Of a DNA stretch of 64,000 bases, positions 57,439-64,000 are shown in pieces. The stretch lies in assembly GCA_902780395.1 (NCBI GenBank), contig CACZFH010000014.1, positions 5,160 to 69,159 on the forward strand, in the 5' to 3' direction. The position numbers and the translations under genes are program-made. This stretch comes from an uncultured Erysipelotrichaceae bacterium. Lineage in GTDB: Bacteria; Bacillota_I; Bacilli_A; RF39; UBA660. The notes under the pieces are model-generated. The model searched no databases. It saw nothing but the letters and a program-made list of their open reading frames with translations, and had not been told where the DNA came from. The stretch's first letter is position 1, and each line of letters opens with the position of its first letter.

Positions 57439-58693
57439 TTTAAAAGGGCTAGAAATGGATGCATATGAAGAAACTCTTGAAAATGGTTTAAAAATATACA
57501 TGTTACCATATGAAAATAAAAAGAATTATTTTATCAGTTTTGCTACTCGTTTTGGTAGTGATGTTTTAGAGTTTATTGATGAAAATAATGAAAAACAAGT
57601 TCCACCTCTTGGAATTGCTCATTTTCTAGAACATAAAATGTTTGAACAATCATCAGGAGAAGACCCCTTTACTTTTTTCTCTAAAAGTGGAACAGATTCA
57701 AATGCTTCTACTTCATTTGACAATACCCAATATATTTGTTATGGAACCAAAGATTTTGCAACCAATTTAAGATATTTATTAAACTTTGTAATGAGTCCAT
57801 ACTATACAGATCAAAATGTAGAAAAAGAAAAAGGAATTATTGCCGAAGAAATAAAGATGTATGAAGACATGAAAGAATTTGCCTTAGAGATGAGATTAAG
57901 AGAATGTGTTTATAAGAATCATCCACGAAGATATGATATAGCAGGAACTGTAGAAGAAATAGAAAAGATTACTAAAGAAGATTTATATCATTGTTATAAT
58001 AGTTTTTATATTCCTAACAACATGTTTGTCTTAATAGTTGGAAATTTCAAAAAAGAAGAAGCTTTAAAAATCATTAGAGAAGAATTAGCTGATAAGAAAG
58101 AAAAAACTCTCCCAACCATAAAAAGTATAGCAGAGCCAAGCAAAGTAAATGAAAAAGAAGCAATCATAACCTCCAATGTTGAAATACCTAAAATAGCTTA
58201 TGCCTTAAAATTTCCTATTAAGAATACTTCTCTATCAGGTGTAGAACTAGATTTATATCTTCATATGTTAACAACTATTATCTTTGGAGCATCATCTTTA
58301 TTTAGAGAAAGAGTAAGACAAGAAAAACTATTAAGTAGTTTATATACAGAATGGGAATCAACAGAAGAATATAAAGTATTTTACTTAATGGCTTCTACCA
58401 TTGAACCAGAACAATTAATAAAAGAAATAAAAAAAGAATTAGAAAACATTGAGTGTAATGAACAAACTATGAATAGAATCAAAAAAGTTTGGATATCATC
58501 AGAAGTCAGAATGATTGATAATATTGATGCTACCGTAAATAATCTTTATGATGATATAATAAGATATCAAAGAATTATTCCTAATAAACTAGAATTAATC
58601 AAAAATATGAAATTAAAAAAACTAAAAGAATTAATAAAAGAAATAGATTTTAAGAATAGTAGTATTGTCAAGATGGTCAAAGACAAAGACTAA
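57425..58693 (+). CDS. M16-family zinc peptidase (YmfH-like)
   Basis: GIAHFLEHKMFE is the inverted zincin HxxEH motif. Overlaps the preceding gene by 14 nt. Confidence 0.8.
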   Translation: MKTINLKGLEMDAYEETLENGLKIYMLPYENKKNYFISFATRFGSDVLEFIDENNEKQVPPLGIAHFLEHKMFEQSSGEDPFTFFSKSGTDSNASTSFDNTQYICYGTKDFATNLRYLLNFVMSPYYTDQNVEKEKGIIAEEIKMYEDMKEFALEMRLRECVYKNHPRRYDIAGTVEEIEKITKEDLYHCYNSFYIPNNMFVLIVGNFKKEEALKIIREELADKKEKTLPTIKSIAEPSKVNEKEAIITSNVEIPKIAYALKFPIKNTSLSGVELDLYLHMLTTIIFGASSLFRERVRQEKLLSSLYTEWESTEEYKVFYLMASTIEPEQLIKEIKKELENIECNEQTMNRIKKVWISSEVRMIDNIDATVNNLYDDIIRYQRIIPNKLELIKNMKLKKLKELIKEIDFKNSSIVKMVKDKD

Positions 58694-58757
58694 AAAAGGA
58701 AAACCTATTTCTTTTTTTTGATTATTTTGCTACAATACTAATAATAGAGGTGATAAT

Positions 58758-59645
58758 ATGGACTTTAAAATTGGAGATGACATAACAGAAGATAATAAGA
58801 AAAAAAATTCAGTTGTACCAATTATTATAATAGTAGTAATGGCAATTATTATAGGATTAATAGTATTCTTTATTAGTAATGCTATATTTGGAGTTAAAGA
58901 ACCAAAAGAAGAAGCACCTGTAAGTACCCAATTAAGTATTACCGATGAGAATGTAAAAATACTATATCAGTATGTAACCTATGGAATAAAAGGAGAAAGA
59001 AATACTAAGTTTATCAAAGAAAAAAATGTAACTATTGATTCTTTTACTAATGAAGAAAAATTCTATTATGCTTTACAATTTGCTCAAGTAGAGGATTTTA
59101 AAGTAACAGATAAAGTAGATGAAAAAAATAGAAAGGTATATAGGCTTTATCATGAAACAGTAAAAGAATACATGCAAAGATTCTTTGGGGGTAGTGTACA
59201 ATATTCATCAGATATATCACTCGTTTATCCATTTAGTTTTAGAATTAATGGTAATAATGTTGGCTATATAACAGAAGTAGAGGAAGATGGTTTTGATGTA
59301 GTATTTGATGGTTTAGAAGAAGATATTATCTCAAGTAACATAGTAGAACCATATTATTCAGAATTAGTAGCAGCTTATAAAGAAGCTGATGGTACCTATC
59401 GTCTAGAAGAAAAAATAATATACACAGATGTTAAAGAAGAGGAAGGTATTTATACAGTAAATATATTTAAAGACTATGAAAAAACTCAATTAATAGAAAC
59501 AAAAGAGAATCAAACAAAAGAAATGTTAGCTAATAATCCTATTAATATAGAGAATTATAAGGATAAGGCTTCTACTATTACCTATCACTTTGGTCTATTT
59601 GACAAAATGTTATATTTTGATAGTAGTACCATTACAAATGCATAA
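58758..59645 (+). CDS. Membrane-anchored hypothetical protein
   Basis: Single N-terminal TM helix (VVPIIIIVVMAIIIGLIVFFI). No recognisable domain. Confidence 0.45.
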   Translation: MDFKIGDDITEDNKKKNSVVPIIIIVVMAIIIGLIVFFISNAIFGVKEPKEEAPVSTQLSITDENVKILYQYVTYGIKGERNTKFIKEKNVTIDSFTNEEKFYYALQFAQVEDFKVTDKVDEKNRKVYRLYHETVKEYMQRFFGGSVQYSSDISLVYPFSFRINGNNVGYITEVEEDGFDVVFDGLEEDIISSNIVEPYYSELVAAYKEADGTYRLEEKIIYTDVKEEEGIYTVNIFKDYEKTQLIETKENQTKEMLANNPINIENYKDKASTITYHFGLFDKMLYFDSSTITNA

Positions 59646-59667
59646 AAGTACTGATAAAGTACTTTTA
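59644..59667 (+). terminator. Rho-independent terminator
   Basis: AAAGTACT-GATA-AAGTACTTT followed by TATT. Confidence 0.6.
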
Positions 59668-59699
59668 TTGTGCTATAATAATGTTGCTTAGGAGGACAT

Positions 59700-61493
59700 A
59701 TGAAACAGGAAAATATTAGAAATTTTTGTATTATTGCCCATATTGATCATGGTAAAAGTACTCTAGCTGATCGTATCTTAGAATATACAGGAGCCATTGA
59801 TAAAAGAGAATTAAAAGATCAAATGCTAGATTCAATGGATTTAGAAAGAGAACGTGGTATTACTATTAAATTAAATGCTGTTCAATTAGAGTATAAAGAA
59901 GGAAATGAAGTATATCAGTTAAATTTAATTGATACTCCCGGACATGTTGATTTTTCATATGAAGTATCGCGTAGTTTAGCTGCTTGTGAGGGAGCTCTTT
60001 TAGTAGTTGATGCATCACAAGGAATAGAAGCTCAAACATTAGCTAATCTATACCTAGCATTAGATAATAATCTAAGTATTATTCCTGTCATTAATAAAAT
60101 AGATTTACCAAGTGCAGATCCTGAAAAAGTAACTAAAGAACTAGAAAATATTGGTTTTAGCAAGGAAGAAATCGTCCTTACAAGTGCTAAAACTGGAGTA
60201 GGAATAAACGAATTGTTAAAAAAGATTATTGAAGTTATTCCAGCTCCAATTGGAAAAAAAGAGGCACCTTTAAAAGCCTTAATCTTTGATAGTTTATTTG
60301 ATCCTTATCGTGGAGTAATAACGAGCATATGTATCAAAGAAGGTATGGTAAAAAAAGGGGATATGATTAAAATGATGGAAACAGGAGCTACTTATGATGT
60401 AGTAGGTTTATCTGTAAATACCCCTAAAGAAAAAGAAGTAAATAGTCTAAGTGCCGGAGAAGTAGGCTATTTATATGCCTCTATCAAAAGTATACAAGAT
60501 GTTCATGTAGGTGATACTATTACTTTAGAAAAAGAACCTGCTAAAGAAAAACTTCCAGGATATAAACCAATGAAACCAACTGTATATTGTGGAATTTATC
60601 CAATAGAAGCTAATAAATTTGAAGACTTAAGAGAAGCCTTAAATAAATTAAAATTAAATGATGCCGCCTTAACCTTTGAACCAGAAACTTCAAAAGCCCT
60701 AGGTTTTGGATTTAGATGTGGATTTTTGGGCTTATTACATATGGAGATAATGGAAGAAAGAATAGAAAGAGAATTTGGAATAGATTTAATTGCAACTTCT
60801 CCTTCAGTTGTTTATGAAGTAGAATTAAATGATAAAACAACTGTCTTAGTAGATAGTCCAACTAAAATGCCTAAAAGAGAATTTATTGCTAAAACATATG
60901 AACCATATGTTAAATGTAGTATCTTTACACCAAGTGAATATATTGGCCCACTAATGGAATTATGTCAGGATAAAAGAGGAAACTTTCTAAATATGGATTA
61001 TCTAGATACTGAAAGAGTAACTATTCAGTATGAATTACCCTTATCCGAGATTGTTTATGATTTTTTTGATCGTTTAAAAAGTAGCACGAAAGGATATGCC
61101 TCTTTTGACTATGAAGTAATTGGTTATAAAGCTAGTAATTTAGTAAAAATGGACATTTTATTAAACGGTGAAATAGTGGATGCTTTAAGTGTAATTGTTC
61201 ATAAAGATTTTGCCTATCAAAGAGGAAAAATTGTTTGTGAAAAGTTAAAAGAAATAATTCCAAGACAATTATTTGAAGTACCAATTCAAGCAGCTATAGG
61301 AGGCCATATTATTGCCCGTGAAACAGTAAAAGCTTTAAGAAAAGATGTTCTTGCTAAATGTTATGGTGGAGATGTTACCCGTAAGAAAAAGCTATTAGAA
61401 AAACAAAAAGAAGGAAAGAAAAGAATGAAACAAATTGGTAATGTCGAAGTACCACAAGAAGCATTCTTATCAATTCTTTCTACCAAGGAGTAA
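59700..61493 (+). CDS. lepA: Translation elongation factor 4
   Basis: [33 protein letters not shown] and the LepA C-terminal domain. Confidence 0.95.
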   Translation: MKQENIRNFCIIAHIDHGKSTLADRILEYTGAIDKRELKDQMLDSMDLERERGITIKLNAVQLEYKEGNEVYQLNLIDTPGHVDFSYEVSRSLAACEGALLVVDASQGIEAQTLANLYLALDNNLSIIPVINKIDLPSADPEKVTKELENIGFSKEEIVLTSAKTGVGINELLKKIIEVIPAPIGKKEAPLKALIFDSLFDPYRGVITSICIKEGMVKKGDMIKMMETGATYDVVGLSVNTPKEKEVNSLSAGEVGYLYASIKSIQDVHVGDTITLEKEPAKEKLPGYKPMKPTVYCGIYPIEANKFEDLREALNKLKLNDAALTFEPETSKALGFGFRCGFLGLLHMEIMEERIEREFGIDLIATSPSVVYEVELNDKTTVLVDSPTKMPKREFIAKTYEPYVKCSIFTPSEYIGPLMELCQDKRGNFLNMDYLDTERVTIQYELPLSEIVYDFFDRLKSSTKGYASFDYEVIGYKASNLVKMDILLNGEIVDALSVIVHKDFAYQRGKIVCEKLKEIIPRQLFEVPIQAAIGGHIIARETVKALRKDVLAKCYGGDVTRKKKLLEKQKEGKKRMKQIGNVEVPQEAFLSILSTKE

Positions 61494-61496
61494 AAA

Positions 61497-61955
61497 ATGG
61501 AAGATAAAAAAGAAAAAATTATCGAAGAAGCTAAGTATTATTTAAAATCAGATAAAACTTTAAAAGAAGTAGCTGAAGAATTACAGATTAGTTTAAGGAC
61601 CCTTCAGCTTCATATAAAAAAATTACCAGAAATAAATAGCAATTTATATAGCCTAGTATTAAATAAACAAAAAGCTGCTCAAATAGCAGGAAGAAAAATA
61701 GGAGGGCAAAAAGGAAAAAGAACTGTCTCTTATACATATGAAAAAGCCCAAGAAATAAAAAATCTAATCATAACCCATCAATTAACTTATCTAGAGGCCT
61801 CTCTTTGTACAGGAATATCTACTTCTACTATATATGATATGGTTCACAGTACTTTTATTTCAGAAGAAGATAAAATAAAACTAGATTTAATAGCTGAAGC
61901 TAATAAAAAGAAAATAACCGTAGAAGAGTATCAAGAAAGGCATAGAAAAAGATGA
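61497..61955 (+). CDS. SpoIIID-like HTH regulator (two HTH-like halves)
   Basis: TLKEVAEELQISLRTLQLHIKKLPEINSNLYSLV resembles SpoIIID (KSTVHKDLTERLPEINPDLANEV). Confidence 0.35.
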   Translation: MEDKKEKIIEEAKYYLKSDKTLKEVAEELQISLRTLQLHIKKLPEINSNLYSLVLNKQKAAQIAGRKIGGQKGKRTVSYTYEKAQEIKNLIITHQLTYLEASLCTGISTSTIYDMVHSTFISEEDKIKLDLIAEANKKKITVEEYQERHRKR

Positions 61956-63055
61956 TTAAAAGTTGCTACATCCATATCCCTTTTTGTGATACAATTTGTT
62001 CTTATTGTGACTTTTGTAAAGTATATAAAATAGATAAATGGATTGATTTATATTTAGATAATTTAGAAAAGGAAATAAAAAGTAATCCTGTAAAAGATCC
62101 TTTAGAAACAATATATATTGGAGGAGGAACTCCTAGTTGCCTATCACCAAGTCAATTAGAAAGATTATTAAAAATAATAGATACTCTTCCTAAAAAAGAA
62201 ATAATAGAATATACAATTGAAGGAAATTTTGAAAGTACTACTAAAGAAAAACTCTTATTATATAAAAAGTATGGAATAAATCGATTAAGTTTTGGAATAG
62301 AAACCACCAACAATGAATTATTGAAAAAAATAAATCGTGTATCCAACAAAGAAGAAATAAGAAAATTATTAGAAGAAGCTAAAAAAATAGGACTTAATAA
62401 TATTAATATAGATATGATTTATGGAATTCCTAATGAGACTATAAATGATATTAAAAATGACTTAGATTTTATTCTATCTTTACAACCTACTCATATCTCA
62501 GCATATTCTCTTATTTTTGAAAAACACACCATTCTTACCATTAATAAAGAAAAACCAGTACCTGAAGAATTAGAATTAGAAATGATAAACAAAATAAATC
62601 AAGTATTAAAAGAAAATCAATATGAACACTATGAAATAAGTAACTATGCCAAAGCAAATTATCAGTCTAAGCATAATAAAACTTATTGGAAAAATGAAGA
62701 GTATTATGCTTATGGATTAGGAGCTAGTTCCTATATAGATGATAAGAGAGAAAAAACAACTCGTTCCTTAACAAAATATTTAAATGGAATTATTACTAAA
62801 GAAACAGAAGTCTTATCAAAAAAAGATAAAATAGTCTATGAAATAATATTAAATCTTAGGACAAAAGAAGGAATATCACTAGAAAAGTTTTATGAAAAAT
62901 ATCAAGTAGAATTAAAAAAAATATATAATTATCAAGAATTAATAAACAATAATTTTTTAATAGTAGAAAATGATCAACTATCAATTCCCGAAGATAAATG
63001 GTATATTAGTAATGAAATAATAGTAAAAGTATTAGAAGGTGAAATAAATGAATAA
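61952..63055 (+). CDS. hemW: Radical SAM haem chaperone HemW (HemN-like)
   Basis: YIHIPFCDTICSYCDF is the CxxxCxxC cluster. GGGTPS is present. It follows lepA as in Bacillus. Confidence 0.85.
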   Translation: MIKSCYIHIPFCDTICSYCDFCKVYKIDKWIDLYLDNLEKEIKSNPVKDPLETIYIGGGTPSCLSPSQLERLLKIIDTLPKKEIIEYTIEGNFESTTKEKLLLYKKYGINRLSFGIETTNNELLKKINRVSNKEEIRKLLEEAKKIGLNNINIDMIYGIPNETINDIKNDLDFILSLQPTHISAYSLIFEKHTILTINKEKPVPEELELEMINKINQVLKENQYEHYEISNYAKANYQSKHNKTYWKNEEYYAYGLGASSYIDDKREKTTRSLTKYLNGIITKETEVLSKKDKIVYEIILNLRTKEGISLEKFYEKYQVELKKIYNYQELINNNFLIVENDQLSIPEDKWYISNEIIVKVLEGEINE

Positions 63056-63629
63056 AGAAGAATTATTTTTAGATGAATTGAATTATATTAAAGATGATGA
63101 ATTACAAGAATCATTAATAAGTATTATCCAAGCTTTACCAGAGTATTGGTTTAAAGTACCAGCTTCTTCAACAGGAAAGTATCATCCCTCTTATGCCTTA
63201 GGAGAAGGTGGATTATTAAGACATTCAAAAGCTGCTATGAGAATAGGGTATGAGTTATTGAATAATCCAATCATAGGAGGAAAATATACCACCCATGAAA
63301 AAGATTTATTATTAATGTCTCTTTTAGTACATGATGGTTTAAAATTAGGCATGCCAGAAGAAAAGTATACTAGATTTGATCATCCCATTCTAATGGCTAA
63401 TTTTATCAAAGAAAAAAAAGATGAATTTAATCTATCAGAAGAAGATGCAAACTTTATGGCTGATGTTATTAAAACTCATATGGGTCCATGGACAACAGAT
63501 TATAATGGGGAAGAAGTACTTGAAAAACCAAAAACCAAATATCAGAACTTTGTTCATATGTGTGATTTCTTAGCTGCTAAAAAATGTCTTTTAGTACCTT
63601 TTGACAAAGATAACAATATAATTGAGTAA
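63048..63629 (+). CDS. HD-domain phosphohydrolase
   Basis: GKYHP...LLRHS...LLVHDGLK...THMGPW. Confidence 0.55.
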   Translation: MNKEELFLDELNYIKDDELQESLISIIQALPEYWFKVPASSTGKYHPSYALGEGGLLRHSKAAMRIGYELLNNPIIGGKYTTHEKDLLLMSLLVHDGLKLGMPEEKYTRFDHPILMANFIKEKKDEFNLSEEDANFMADVIKTHMGPWTTDYNGEEVLEKPKTKYQNFVHMCDFLAAKKCLLVPFDKDNNIIE

Positions 63630-63682
63630 TTTAAATACTCTTTTTTTTTAGAACATGATATAATAACCATAGAAGGTAAAAA

Positions 63683-64000
63683 ATGAGGAAGTTCAAAAAG
63701 AGAAGAAAAAAACTACATACAAGAAAAGTATTCCTACTAAATAGTATTTTAGTAGTTTTTCTGTTTCTAGGAATAGGATATTCTCTTTTATCAACAGAAT
63801 TAACCATAGATGGAAGTACTAAAGTAAAAGAATACTTAGAACCAACTCTATATAATGTTCTTTATAAAGAAGCTAAAAAGAATGGTTTAGCCAAAGAATA
63901 CACAGAATCCCATCAAGATTCCATGAACGCTTCATTATCAACTGAAAAAATATATCATTGGTACGCTAAGAATAGTACTGAAGGGACAGCAATACACGAT
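63683..64000 (+). CDS. N-terminal fragment of a membrane-anchored protein (runs off the window)
   Basis: Begins at ATG 63683. A basic N-terminus (MRKFKKRRKK) precedes a TM helix. The frame stays open to the window end. Confidence 0.45.
   Translation, partial: MRKFKKRRKKLHTRKVFLLNSILVVFLFLGIGYSLLSTELTIDGSTKVKEYLEPTLYNVLYKEAKKNGLAKEYTESHQDSMNASLSTEKIYHWYAKNSTEGTAIHD

Noticed and set aside
1-64000. Search for tRNA, rRNA, tmRNA, IS elements, reverse transcriptase/DGR and known multi-gene defence systems
   Set aside because: No cloverleaf-like or rRNA-like sequence was seen in the intergenic regions. No transposase or reverse transcriptase ORF is present, and no gene set matches a named defence system that I can recognise by eye.

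Overview
AT-rich, low-GC Firmicute-type chromosome segment using the standard genetic code; almost every gene is on the + strand. There are three zones. (1) 1 to ~28.2 kb is the right-hand part of an HK97-like siphovirus prophage; its left end lies outside the window. The order is HNH, TerS, a 5.5 kb accessory wedge, TerL, portal, ClpP protease, capsid, connectors, major tail, G/T chaperone with a -1 frameshift site, tape measure, Dit, Tal, fibre genes, holin and a decayed GH25 endolysin. A small regulatory/moron module and two overlapping large serine recombinases follow. (2) 28.3 to ~38.0 kb is a visibly more AT-rich accessory island. It holds three copies or remnants of the 3' (metallo-beta-lactamase domain) end of comEC, each preceded by a related junction sequence. 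Cargo modules separate them: CYTH; dinD plus MFS; an amber-split ORF plus a JAB protein; and a PrcB-like lipoprotein. Five orphan genes follow (transglutaminase-like, HGS-motif protein, HD protein and two unknowns). (3) 38.0 to 64 kb is conserved core: dnaG-sigA-trmK, two orphan prepilin-type genes, nfo, a PBP, rpmG-efp, ftsK, deoD, an M16 peptidase pair, lepA and hemW. I saw no rRNA, tRNA, CRISPR array or IS element. The most notable observations are the comEC 3'-end accretion structure; a 33-nt motif (CACTTGA-N14-AGAGTGATATAT) present four times upstream of accessory and recombinase genes; and the terS-terL wedge encoding a miniature MetK-like enzyme, two DNA methyltransferases and an amidoligase/GGCT pair. 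All functional calls rest on motif recognition by eye. No database search was run.
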